The notes under the pieces were generated by a model. That model was not told the origin of the DNA. It ran no database searches and worked only from the letters and a program-made list of their open reading frames with translations. Below, in pieces: positions 36,774-49,505 of a stretch of 64,000 nt of DNA. The translations under genes and the position numbers were made by a program. Source of the stretch: Chlorokybus atmophyticus (lineage: Eukaryota > Plantae > Mesostigma and Chlorokybus algae); assembly GCA_009103225.1 (NCBI GenBank), contig RHPI01001037.1, positions 372,001-436,000 of the forward strand, written 5' to 3'. How positions within the stretch are numbered: the first letter of the stretch is position 1; every line of letters starts with the position of its first letter.

Positions 36774-39700
36774 CTATTCCTTTGCCATCTCTTCTGCCGC
36801 TTGCTGCTTCACCTTGCGCTTTCGCAGGTCGCTTTCCAGGCGCGCCAGGAACTCTGCTTGGGTTTGCGCCGAGCGAATCTGCGCATGCAAGCAACTTACT
36901 TTCAACACTGTATCTTACTCAGTCTGCAGCCTGCGGGGTTCCTGCTTCGCATTACTAGCATGGCAGCGCATACCACAACGCCCACCTTTGTGTGTTTTCG
37001 CAGACGGGACGTCAACTCGTGCGTGAGCTGCTCAACTCTCGCCTCGCGTAATGCAACTTTCGCTTCCATGGTGAGAATGAACTGCTGATTCTGTGATGGC
37101 AAGGAGTGTTAGCTGTTGCTGCCCAACATTGCAATGGCTTGCAAGGAGGACAGTGCAAATCCTGCTTGCCTTGATTGCTCGCCAGATGCCCACCAACTGT
37201 TTCTCACCCGTCAAGGCCAGCAGCTTGTCCATCTGCTCAAGAAGTTATATGTTGACACCAAAACCCACACACAGCTCCGATCCAATTAGCACTGATACCC
37301 ACCTCAAGCTTCTTCACTCTCGCCAGCAGCTTTACCGGATCCTTCTCAATATCCGGCTCCTGCAACACAGAAGCCCAGAGCACATCAATACGCAACCCAC
37401 CCGACGAGTCCCTCTTCAAAACCAGAACAACAACAACAACAACAACAACTCACCCTCGCTTTGGCCCTCAGCAACTGCAGCCTCACGCTCTCGTCCGCAT
37501 CTGCACCCGCACTCCACGCATTGTTGCCGGAACTGAACCCATTGCCTCGGGTGTTCTTGCTGAAATCGCTGTTGGTGTTGTTGCTGTCGCCATTATTGTT
37601 GCCTTCGCCATTAGTAGCGTCCTTCTTCGCGCGTGCGTTTGACATTGCTACCGCCTTCTGAAGCAGCTCTGATATGGACGCTATACGCGCCGCAGCATCC
37701 GCAGCCTGGTTGGAAATAAGTGAGAACTCATTATGAAGACTCGAGTTGACACAACACAAGCAGTATGCAAGCATCAACTCTCAGTGCAGTATAGTACCCT
37801 GTTTTCAGTGGTTTCCCACTTGAGCATCTTCTCAAAGTATGCTACGGCTTGTCTCTCTGTGCACGCAAGTGTTGCATCAGTTCCCAATTGACATGCACGT
37901 CCATATTGAAACACTTCGTGCATCCTTGTGTGCACAGACAAGAGGTTCGACTCACTGTCGTCGGCGAACTGTTCGTCTTTGGTTCTGACGGGCGTGCCGG
38001 CGCTGGCCATGGCCGATCTAAGTATGGCGTTGTGAAGCTCCTTCTTGCGAGCCTGCAGCAGCATCATTCACTCAGACACATACATGAAGAGAACACACAC
38101 TACCACAAGTGTTGGGATCTGAGAGCCTAATTCACCTGACGTGTGCTCTTGTCCTGCTCATACCGATGCATGAACTCGGTCGTGCGCACGGCCTGTCACA
38201 ACAACAGCACACGTGTGAGGGAAAGGAGACAACTACAGAGTAGTCGGTACAACACGGGCAGCATGAACAAACCTTTTCCAGGTAGAAGCGCTTGCGTTGG
38301 CCTTGCAGCCTGTGCAGCTTCTCAACCTGTTCCGGGGACAGCCCGAGGGCGTCGCCGTGTGCGTCCGCAACCTCGTCGATTGTGCCGTCCGTCACCTCCA
38401 TGTCAAGCCTGTCCCCGCCACACACAAGAGATCAGCAGTGTTGGGTGTGTGTCAACACGCATAGGGGAACAGGCCAGGCCAGGCCTGTTTGTTTTCTCTT
38501 TCTTTGTTCCTACCCGAGACGGTGGTGGAGCACTTCGCGCAAGAACTCCTCACTCCTTCGCTGCCGGCTGAACTCTGCTTCAGCACCACCCTGTTGATCA
38601 TGGATACGCAATTGTCAATGGCATTTCTCTCACTCCACATTCCAACTTCAATACAACACTACTACAACATGTAACACATAACATAATCTCTTTGCCACCC
38701 TCACACCTGTTCGAGTCTGCGCAAGACCCGCTTCTTCTCGTCCAGCTTGGCCTGGTTAGCGTGAGAGTTAGTGTTGATGCTGTATCAGTGAAGCAGTAGT
38801 GTTGGAAACAACATAGAGGCCATCCATCCGCACCGCACCTGCCGTGTGGCGAGGTCGCCGACCATGCGCTCGATGAACGCGCGAGGGGAGGTCCCACCCT
38901 GAGACCCCATGTCGCTGTGGGAACGACGACGGTTGGAGCTGCGCTTAAACAGGGAACCGTCCTGCGCGCAAGAGTGTATGTGGGTTGATGCTAGTGTCTG
39001 TGCCATGACTTCGACATGTAACACACGTCGGTTTACTTGCGTGTGCGTACCATGGCGGGTATGGGTATGGCGCGCGGCGGCTCCCCCGCTGGCTTCCAAC
39101 CGGGCGCCTCCTTGAGACTGAGCGGACCCCGCCGCCCGCCCTGCAGTTCCGCCCGCAGCGCCTCGCACTCCTCTTCCATACGCTTCTGCACAGTTCCAGA
39201 TCCACAAACACTGTCAATGCTGCCACTGATGCTGGTACCCTGGCAATACTACCAGGGTATTATCGCAGCTATTAGTACAAGATGAGTGATACAAGTTGTA
39301 TACAGCCGTCATACCGGTTGTACCACTACCTATGTACTGGTGCTCGTTGTACTGTTGATACAAGGAGTACTACTACTGGTGCTGCGATTGTAGTACAGTA
39401 GTCTCACTACTGCGTCTAGTTATAGAAGCATTGATAGCAACAGCAGTGTAGCCGCGTAGCAGTCATAGCACTGGCGATGTCATGGTCTACCAGTTGAGGC
39501 TGCAATAGCAGCAGTATCAGCAACACTAGCTGCAGTAGTTGTAGTGATTGCAATCAAGTCCATGGGTCTGATAGCGGTAACAAGAGCGGATAACATCTGT
39601 AGCGCCGGTAGTTGTAGTTGTAGTTGCGGTGGTGACCGTTCAACTGTGCTGTGGTGTAGCAGGAACAAGCATGCTATGTTTGGTTGCAAGCTCACTACCC

Positions 39701-41843
39701 ACTCACCGCGGACTGCTGCGCCCTCCTCGCCTGTTCCCTGGCCTCCTCCGCCCTGGCGACGGCCCTCTCCAGCTCGCGCGCCACCCTCGCGCGCCTCTCC
39801 TCCTCCGGGATCGCACCATGCACGGAGGAGGGGGTGGGACGCTCCCTTGGAGCCGACGCAGGACGCTGTGGGGAGAAGAGTGTTGGTAATGTGGGTGTGG
39901 GGGGATGTTGGAGTGTAGTGTGCATACCTGGCCTGAGGTTTGGGCTCTTAGGGCTTCGATGGCGGCGAATAGGGCCTCGCGATGGCCGAGGGAGGTGACG
40001 CGCAGCTCGTCGCGGAGCTCCTCGCGGCCGAGACGGAGAAGCAGAGACCCGTCCACGGCTGCACATGTGCGATTGCGTGCATGAGTCCACTGCACACGCT
40101 GTTTGTGTTGTCATGGTGTCTCACCATGATGGGCAAACAGGGCCTTGTATCTGCCCCACCCCTGCAGCTCAACCCAACAGCACACCTCCTGCACTCCCCA
40201 TGCCGCCGGCGGCATGGACGTCACTCTGCGTGCGTACAGTCGTTGTGTTGATGCCATAAATGTCACTCACTCTGTAGGGTCAAAGCACAGAAACATACCT
40301 GTTGAGTAGCTTCTGGCGGATGTGGCTTTCGGTGATAGCTGATTGCGGACGGCTCTCGCTGCGCCGACGCCTCTGCGGGCTCGAACTCGCATCTCTCTGG
40401 GTAAGCATGCAGGTTATCACCACACGACTGTTGAACACCAAAAGTGGCATGCGGTTGACATGTGTGCGTGTGTGTTCATGCGTACATGCATGTGCGCGCG
40501 TGCGCGCGTGAACGCATGAGCGCGGGCATGTTCGTGTGTCACCACACACACACCGGTGTTGTTGTGAAAGACGACGTGTTTGCACTCGACCGCTGTGCAT
40601 AGCTCCTCCTTCTGGTACTCGACCTTCCCGACCTCCTCCCATCTCCATACCCGTACCCCTCCTCCTCTTCCTCCTCCTCCCCTTCCTCCTCCTCCTCTTC
40701 CTCTTCACCCTCCTCGTCCTCTTCCTCCTCCTCACCATTACCATGCACGACAAACCCACCAGAGGAGGACATCGACCTCCTCCTCGGCGTGGACGACAGC
40801 GATGGCGACGTGGATACACGTGCAGGTGGAGGAGGAGGAGGAGGGGTTGATATCGGCGAAGGGTTGATATCGTTGGCGGGCTGGCTGCGGCGCGGGCGTG
40901 AGGCGGATGACATCGCGGTCGATGGACGTGCGGGGAGGGATGATGTTGCTGTTGTTGTTGTTGGCAGGGGCGGCGGGGTTGGGTGTGTGGTTATGGGTGA
41001 TGTTGGCGCGGTGGCGTGTGTTGAGGTTGGCTTTGCTGGTGCGAGGAAGGAGTCTTGGCTGACGGCGTCGTTGCCGTCTTCATCGATGTCATCATCGTCA
41101 TCATCAACACTCTCATCGAGCGCGTCGTCGTCCTCGTCATTGTCGTCGTCGTCGAGGTCCTCCTCGTCGTAGCGCGCGAGGGAGCTGGCGAGCTGCACAT
41201 CATCCACGACACCACATGCATGAGGTGTTGGGTTCAGGATTCATAAAATGTGTACCACTCTCTTCTCACCTGTCTTCTTGTGTCTGCGCTCTGTGGTCTA
41301 CTCCGGCTGCTTGCGTCGGCGCTCTGCGGTCGGCTGCGGCTGGCGTCCGCGCTCGGGGGGCGGCTGCGGCTGATGCTGTTGCTGGCGCTGTTGTTGGCGC
41401 TGTTCACGACACTACCGTGATTACTGTTGTTGTTGTTGTTGTTGTTGAGTGAGTTGTTGGCACTGTTGTTGTTGATGATGATGCTGTTGTTGTTGCTGTT
41501 GTTGCTAGCGGTGGTGTTTGCAGCGTTGTGTCCAGACGCCTCTGCACTCTGGGGCCTTGACGCCCGCAGAGCAGACGCCAACGCAGCCTGATGATCACAA
41601 AACAAGTTGTTCGTGATGATACTACGCTTCAGCGCATCAACCACAAAGGTATGCGTCAACATCAGATTGCAACAAGGCAACTACACACAATCATAATTCT
41701 CTCACCTGTGCAGCCGCTGCTCTCTCCATCGATACGTCAAACGAGTCCTCCTCTTCCTCGCCATCAACATCGTCCTCATCCAGCTCCTCATCCTCCTCGC
41801 CCCCCACGCCCTCCTCCTCGAACTCCTCGCTCTCGTAACCCAT
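36774..41843 (-). CDS. SAM-domain protein with acidic/Asn-rich N-terminus, RPxSA repeats and coiled-coil C-terminus; many exons
   Basis: Spliced SAM domain WGVQEVCCWVELQGWGRYKALFAHH|AVDGSLLLRLGREELRDELRVTSLGHREALFAAIEALR. Start MGYESEEFEEE at 41843 and end AEEMAKE* at 36774. Confidence 0.7.
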
Positions 41844-42200
41844 CCTCGCAAATCCAACTCTTCACTATCACCTGGTCGTCCTTGTCCTTCACCTCGTCCT
41901 GCGCCGCCGCCGCCGCCGCCGCCGCCGCCCCCCTGGCAGGGGTCACGTGACCACCCTTGGCGCCATCATTCATCACACATAGCACAGCATAACATCACCG
42001 CTGCTCAAAAATAGACACAGAAAAAGGGATATAGTGCTTATGCATATAAGCATAATTGTACCAGTAATGCGTGACGGGCGTGATGAATTAGGGTTTCTTT
42101 CTTTAGGGCGTGACGCTCCGGGCGGCGGCGAGGCCGGCGAGGTCGTTGGCCAGGTGGCCGGCGAGGAGGGGGGGAGGCAGGCAGCTGATCTGCGGCTGCT

Positions 42201-44690
42201 ATGACAGTCGGTGGGTCGCAGGATGTGTCGACGAACGAGCGAGAGTTCATCCTGCAGGCGGCGGCCGCCGGGGTGAGGGTGGACGGCCGCCGGCCGCTGG
42301 ACCTCCGGGAGTGCCGCGTGGCGTTCGGGGCGCAGGATGGCGCTGCGGAGGTCACTCTTGGTGACTCAACACGTGTCCTCTCCGTTGCATCCGCCGAGCT
42401 CGTCACGCCCTACCCTGATAGGTGCAGCTAGAGCATGTCTATTTCGTTGCCTTGGCTTCGTTTTTATGCGCAGCTTTGCATGAATGCAATTGCTTCGCGT
42501 GTACGCAATGCGCTGAAAGCCATCCATGCATGACGGCGTATAGCAACGGTGAGAGTTCCTGCGGTAGGACAGCAGCACGATGAACTATTGCTGCTGCATG
42601 CAAGCGGTGACCATGATGAAGCTCAGTTCTCCGCATGCGCACATATAAACATTGTGTGGTCTAATATTATGGCTGCTGTGCACGCAGTCAGTGCACCGAA
42701 GCATGCATGTTCACATTGCGGCAGTGGTGGCTTGTCTTTCTGCATTCACGCATTTGCTTATGATCGACACAGACAACCATTGTCATGATTCGGTCGCAAG
42801 AGTGGTTGTAGTCAATCAACCCTCGGTGCTTGCTTCGGTTTGCTCACATCAACATCTGTAATTTAGGCCTCGAGATGGGCAGCTGCAGATAAACGTGGAG
42901 CTGTCTCCAATGGCGGACCCTTCCTTTGAAGCAGGACGCCCTGGCCAGGTGCTGTTTGCTGGGGTTCAACATCCTCAAAATGCTGTTTCTGTTATGCTTC
43001 AAGCGTGCATGTCAATAGGATGCCTCTCGCAAGTCCATGAAGGGTTGTGAGTCTCACATCACATGCAGGCCGCAGTGGAACTGAGTCGGCTGGTGGACAG
43101 GGTGCTGCGGCTGGGGCGCGCTGTTGACATGGAGGCCTTGTGCGTTGCTGCAGGCCGCAAGGTTGTTTACAACCCTTCGCTGATTGCCTGGCCAACTTAT
43201 GCGTTTGATCAATCCATCGCTCACTTGGTCATGCACGCACGCATGCTCACAGTTAGTTCAGTGTCTCATTGTTTTACAGTCTATCAGTCACTCGGTACGT
43301 GCTCGTCACACTCATACAGTTATCCGCTCGTTTGTTCATTTAGTCATTGTTACTCACACCAGTATTGGTGCGTGCCCTCGCTTCAACCAGGTGTGGTCGC
43401 TGCGCGTGGACATACATGCCCTTGACAACGGCGGCAACCTGACCGACTGCGTGATGGCCGCTGCACTTGCCGCCCTGATGTCGTTCCGCCGCCCAGAGGC
43501 CACTCTTCAGGGAGACCGCATCATTGTCTACCCCCCAGAGGTGATTACAAGAAAACTATACTATTTCTATAACACAACAGTCATCCGTTTCAACACGTGT
43601 GCGTCACCACCATTACACAGCCTGCACATGCCTGCAAGTTATCCGAATCAAGCATGTACGAGCCGATGGCGATGCAATAGTTTGACCCAAGGTATGTTGT
43701 TATGCAGGTGCGGGAGCCCGTGCCTCTGAATATACACCATTTGCCGGTAGCCATCAGCTTTGCGTTCGTTGGTGAAGGCAACATTTTGGTGAGAAGTTGA
43801 GCCTGATTACTGTGTTGGGGGCCTGATTCGCACTCATGAGGATGTCGTGTTCACGCTGTGCATCGCATTGTAGCTAGCAGACCCGAGTCTGAAAGAGGAG
43901 GCTGTGGCGGGTGCACGCATCACGTGGAGTGCAAACGCCCTCGGTGAGATCTGTGCAGTGCAGAAGCCCGGCGGCACGGCAGTCCCGCAGGTCGAAATCT
44001 TGCGCTCCGCCCGCATCGCGACCACCAAAGCACAGGTACGAGTTTGGGATTTCACCTCAGGTTGTGTTGTTGGTTGTGTTGCACAATGATCTGATTGTGT
44101 CATCCTGTACTCAGGTGTTGACGGAGATATTGCAAAAAGCATATGCTGCCTATGATGCGGCCCGGCAGTACGCCAGAGTGCGCAGAAAGCCCGCGGCCGG
44201 GCTGCAAGCCGTTGATGTGGACATCACCGCCGCAAAGCCACAAATGCCAGCATCAATGGCGGATGTGGCAAGCATGCAGCTGGACGGCGGGAACAATGTT
44301 GTGTTTGATGGTGGGAACTCGCATTGGGAAGCCAAAGCTGCGCATGATGATGACGGAGATGATGATGATGATGATGATGAAGATGGTGACGATGATCACG
44401 TGGCGGCTGTGTTGGAGGAGTTTGACGCTGTTGCAGCGCAATTGCAAAGCAGTTTGGCGGGGGGCAAGCGACCAATGCATCTCGGTCCAACCTTTCCAAG
44501 AGAGGACGTGGCGATGCCAAGCGTGAGCGGGGAAGGAAACGATGATGATAGGGTAGATGGGGATGAAGCGGAGGTGCAGCAGCTCGTCAGTGAGTTCCAC
44601 ATCGCCTCCAGCGGCAATGATGATGAGAGTAAGTTGCCTGGCGGTGCTGGCGGAAAAAAGCGGAAGAAACAGAAGCGCAAGCCGGGGTGA
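42201..44690 (+). CDS. RRP45: Exosome complex component RRP45 (EXOSC9), RNase PH fold
   Basis: STNEREFILQA, RVDGRRPLDLR, PYPDR, GQLQINVELSPMADPSFE, VWSLRVDIHALDNGGNLTDC, ALMSFRRPE, EPVPLNIHHLPVAISF, GEICAVQKPGG. Confidence 0.95.
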
Positions 44691-45074
44691 TTGGATATGG
44701 GAGACGCTGGGTGTTTGCACAGATGCAAAGACCTTGGTGCAGGCCTAGGCGTGTGTGGGACTGTTCCATCGCACCACTTGTGCGCGAGGCCTCTTGCACA
44801 CAAACTTGCACAACAATGCTGCCTCACGTGTAAGAGCAGGTGTGAAGACTCTTACACTGGAATTTACGATTGCCTGATGCTTTGATGATTGGAATATAAT
44901 GAGTTACCTTTTCAACACGCATGCATTTGCAATCGCTGCGGCAGCACAGCAACACAGTACACCAGCACACATGCAGTTTTGTTATGGGGCTTGGACTCAA
45001 TCCACTTACACATGTGACTTTCTGTACACTTGCGCAGGTGCAGTAGTAATATACTAGTATGTCTCTCCTAAATG

Positions 45075-45775
45075 CTACTCATAGTATAGTCCATAGACCT
45101 GGCAAGGCACAACGGTTGGTTGTTAAAAGTTACATGCGCAATCACATGTGCATTGTAAACACTCAAAGCCCTCACCTGCGTGACGGCGTACATAGATTCA
45201 TTCTCTACCGAGCACGAGGCGCTGCCGTCCCAACCGCCGGTGGCATGGCTGCTGTTAGTATTGGCGTTGTTGCCGTTGCTGTTGTTGCTGCCACCTTTTG
45301 AGGACGAGTTTGTTGATGTTGTCGATGTGGTTGTCGACGTGGATGACGGCACTGAGTCCCACAAGCACCTCGACGCCAACCTCATCGCCCCTCCACACTT
45401 CTGACCCACCGTCACCTTCACACAATGATGTTGGTGATGCTGTTAATGTTGTCGTTGTTATGGATGTTGTTGTTATCGTTGGTGTGACAAGGAGTTGGTT
45501 ACCTGCACAATGATCTTGTAACGGTGGTAGCCTAGCTCTCGGACCTTCTCTCGGACGAGTTCCGTGAGCTCCTTGGCAACCTGGGCGCCTCGGGAGGGGT
45601 CGTACGTCATGGTCCCCACGCGGGCGGCGACGGCTTCCCTGGTCGCCTCCTCCACCTTGGCCCGGTCGAACCGCCGCCCAGGCCCAAGCACGTAGCTGTT
45701 CTCGTACACTACCTCCCTGCCGTCCACCAGGCCGACCCCTCCACCGTAACCCCCGCCCGCACCGTCCCCGTCCAT
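45075..45775 (-). CDS. Tctex1-family dynein light chain (Tctex1D2-like), 3 exons
   Basis: VYENSYVLGP..RF, YDPSRGAQVAKELTELVREKVRELGYHRYKIIVQ|VTVGQKCGGAMRLASRCLWD...ENESMYAVTQ|VYGLYYE*. Confidence 0.85.
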
Positions 45776-46013
45776 CTCCGCCTGCCCTGCCCTGGCCTGG
45801 CCTGCCCGGCTCTGGCCTGGCCTGGCTCGGCCTGGCCTGGTATGGCAGTTTGGTTTGAGGACACAAGCTGCCAAATTGCAGTTAGTTAGCCGCCTGTGGC
45901 GGCGAAGAGAAAGCGCCGGTCGTCAGATCTTTTGGGTCACGTGAGGTGAGAGTGGGATCTCGTGCGTCCGCGTGCGTGACGGTCAAGCATGACGACGGTT
46001 AGGGTTGTGCAGG

Positions 46014-48594
46014 ATGCGTGACGCGTTACTCCTGGGCGGTGGTGTTGTTGGCGGAATACCCAGCGGCGACGGTGACGGCGTTGGCAATGGCGTTAGCGTA
46101 GCAAGCAGGCAGGGGGAGCCTGAGCCGCAGCAAGCTGGCGTGATGCGGGCGGCGGCGGCGGGAGGCGTGTGGGGCCCGCACGAGAGGGCGGTGCTGCTGG
46201 AGAGGATAGCCGTGCCGACGTCGTCGCCAGGGGGAGGCGGCTCGCCTGAGTTCGCAGACCCGGAGTCAGGCGCAGCATCCGCCTCCTCGTCCGCCTCCAC
46301 CTTTGCCGCCGCCGTCACAGCTTCGGTGAAAACCCACACTTCAGTACAATAAATCACCCCATTGCACTTGGTTGCGTGCTGCTGCCTCTCCCATTTTCCC
46401 ACATAAGCTCGCCTTGCAATTGGTATTCACGCACTAGCTGTGATGCTACTACATTGCTATACCGCAGCAGTTCACAACACTTGCGCGTCATGCGTAAGCA
46501 TGCAGTCTTGCTCCGTCCTCCATACACATGTGCAACGAGCTCCTGTGTGGGCAACACGCAGGCGGTGTTGTTCATAACAGGAATCAGCTGTGAAGTGTGG
46601 TGCTACATGTAACCAAACAATGCATGCCAGCAAAACCTCCCCTTCCCCAATAGGAACGCCTCCACTGTTATGCCTATGACATTTCAACTTGCCCCTGCAA
46701 GAAACGCTAGCTTTTGATCAGCTGTCGACTTGCAATGCAGCTGAAACAAGCATTTTCCCCCTCTAGTTGCAAGAGTCCTGCGTTCCAGTTTGCCTTCATC
46801 TCACCGCGGTTGTGTTGTTGCGTGGAAAGTCTTGACCCGCACACACCCACACCGGGAAGAGTACAGCAGCAGAATTGGTTCACTAGGCACGCTGACTGTT
46901 GGCTGGTGTCCACTTTGTGTTAACAGAAGTTGGCGTCGGAGGCGGCGCGTGCGTGGAGGGTGTCGCGCGTGGCGTGTGCCGCGGCGTGCTGCGCGGCGGG
47001 CTTGTACTGCGCCAGCCTCTTCATCCCGGGCCTGCGCCTGGACTACGACAGCCGCGGCGCCGACCAACGGACGCCACGCCCCCTCGAGGACACGGAGCTA
47101 CGCCTCAAGCTCGCTCTCCACTGCGTCATACTCGCCGCCGCCGCCACCGTCCAGTGGGCTCTCAGGCTCGAACACAAAGCCCGCCGCAGGCAGGCATGCA
47201 ATGGCACACATGTGTATTTGCATGTGCACTTGCATGTACGTACATGTCTGCGTGTGAGTGTGAGTGCAAGTGTCTCAAGTGAGCGTGTGCAGGTACGTGT
47301 GTATGCATACGTGCATGTGTGTGCATGTGCCTGTGTGTGTGTGCGTGTGCAAGGTGGGTCCTGCTATGCAGTTGCGTATGTGTCCATTGGGTGGGTGACA
47401 GAGTGATGTATGTGACAGGGTTTTCTGAAGCTGTACCAGCGGTTGCGAGTTCACCGACGCGTGCCGCTGCCATTTGCATCGACGGCGCACTGCCTCGTGC
47501 TCCTGCTCGCAACCTGGCCTCAGTTTTCCTTGTCTTTGGGACCCTACAATGCTTTGCGCATCATTGTTGTTACCGAGGTGTGTGCAAGCGAGATTGTTTC
47601 CCACGCAACGCTCACAGCAACTCACAAACATGCTGCATGTGACACGCGCAAGCAGGTGGTGGCCCTGGCTTTGCTTCTCATCCACCACAGTAAGGTGCTG
47701 AAGGACCACAGCGCTGGCAATGCCGCCCCAGACGTCGACGAGTCTTTGCGGGTATGTTGGTTCACAAACACGCTCTCACACACACACGCGCATGCGCACG
47801 CGCACGCGCAGGCATACCTTATATCACAATGGCGTCCATCTTAACACAAGAGTTGCAGGCGCCGTTGCTGATAGAAGCGTCGGGGCAGCGGCATGGCGTG
47901 GGAGATGGCGTGGGCGGCGGGATGGGTGGCGCGGGCGGGGTGGGCGTGGGCGAGGTGGGGGACGTGTGCGAGCGGCAGGCGGAGCTGATATCGTTCTTGC
48001 ACGACGGGCTTCGGGCGCTGTCGAAGGAGCTGTTGCATTTGCAGGCGCGGCTGCGCAGGGCCGAGGGGGATGGCGGGGGCATCGGGGTGAAGCATCGAGG
48101 AGGAGGAGGGGGAGGACGGGACGTGGAGCACCTCCTCGGCGTGCGCGAGGCCGAGCTGCGTGCCCTCGCAGCTGAGCGCGAGCATCTACTTGCTGACATC
48201 CGCGGCGCTAAACACCTCCAGGCCTCGCGTGACGCTGAAATTGAGTACCTCAAAGTTGTCAACCAGCAGGTGCGTGCGTGCGCGTGTCATATCTGCGGCT
48301 CTTTGAGGCTTGGCTAGCATTGGGCATGTGGATGTTGACTTGAAGTGAATGCAGCACATGGATGAGAACTCGCGGCTACGAGCCATGCTCGAGGAGTGGA
48401 GCACGCGCACGGCCAAGGTGTGTGCTGTGTTCATGTGTAAAAGACAGTTTGTTCGGTGTTGGCATGGTTGGTCAGTGACATGGTTGTCTTATCCGCAGCT
48501 TGAGGCTCTGCTGCAGCGACCATCTCGGACTAGTGGCAGCAGCGGGGCTAATGCAAGTAGTGTTGATAGCAGACCGCCCAGGACACCCTCGTAG
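46014..48594 (+). CDS. TMEM192/plant FIP1-like membrane protein with C-terminal coiled coil
   Basis: Hydrophobic N-terminal exons. The C-terminus QAELISFLHDGLRALSKELLHLQ...VEHLLGVREAELRALAAE...SRDAEIEYLKVVNQQ|HMDENSRLRAMLEEWSTRTAK|LE parallels the plant FIP1/TMEM192 coiled coil as recalled. Confidence 0.7.
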
Positions 48595-49021
48595 CTCGCT
48601 AAAAGGGTAGCAGTTGTGTACATATGTATGCTGTCATATTCTGTGAATACGCAAGCTCTTGTGTCATATTCACACCTGCTGCACATCTTGGCTTTGAGGG
48701 CAAAGTCAACTGCCTGGCGCTTGAGATCATACAATTGACATCCGCTGCTATATGTACACGTTTAAAGCTACATGGTCTGTGCTGCAATGCCACACTAGCA
48801 TGCTTCAGTCCGCACGCTGACACCAACGCCACACCGACACAAAATAGCACGTCACATATCCTGTACATATGGTGTAGGCGGTAGTGTGGTCAGATCACTC
48901 TAGAGTCCTGGGCGAGAGCGCTAGCATTTAGCCCGGTGGTTGAATATTGCTTGAGGTAAAAGTGCCTATCTAGGAGGTTTTTAGGGTATACCTTTTGTTG
49001 TGCAGTTTCTCCGGCGATAAT

Positions 49022-49024
49022 GTG

Positions 49025-49061
<37 letters not shown>

Positions 49062-49073
49062 CCCAAAACATAT

Positions 49074-49131
<58 letters not shown>

Positions 49132-49144
49132 ATATGTTTTGGGA
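49022..49144. repeat. (TA)n microsatellite including an ~84-bp near-perfect palindrome
   Basis: TCCCAAAACATATACACA-(TA)n-TGTGTATATGTTTTGGGA at 49061-49144. Confidence 0.9.
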
Positions 49145-49505
49145 AGCCTTTATTTTTATCTACACAGCGCGGCGGCGATTTAACATTCACAAGTGCCGCG
49201 CCAGCACCAGCCCGTCAAAGTAGGGTAGTTCAGGCGGTTCCTCCCAACCCAAGTTGACGGTAATCTCGGAAAGTGAGGGCAAACTCAACCAGCTGGCATT
49301 TGAGATTAACCATAAATAGTGTGCACAGCTGTATCAGCAGCAAGTGAACAACTTCCATTATTCATAACTTCATCATTATTCATGAACCACTAACACGCAC
49401 CAAGCACTGCACAGCAGTAACTGCGGCAAGCTGCTCATCCATAAGTAAATTACTCTGTACACACCGCATCATACTGCTACACTACCTAACCCTGCAACAA
49501 CACGA

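Noticed and set aside
42616-42700. C-box-like ATGATGA in an RRP45 intron as a C/D snoRNA
   Set aside because: No properly spaced D box (CTGA) or terminal stem.
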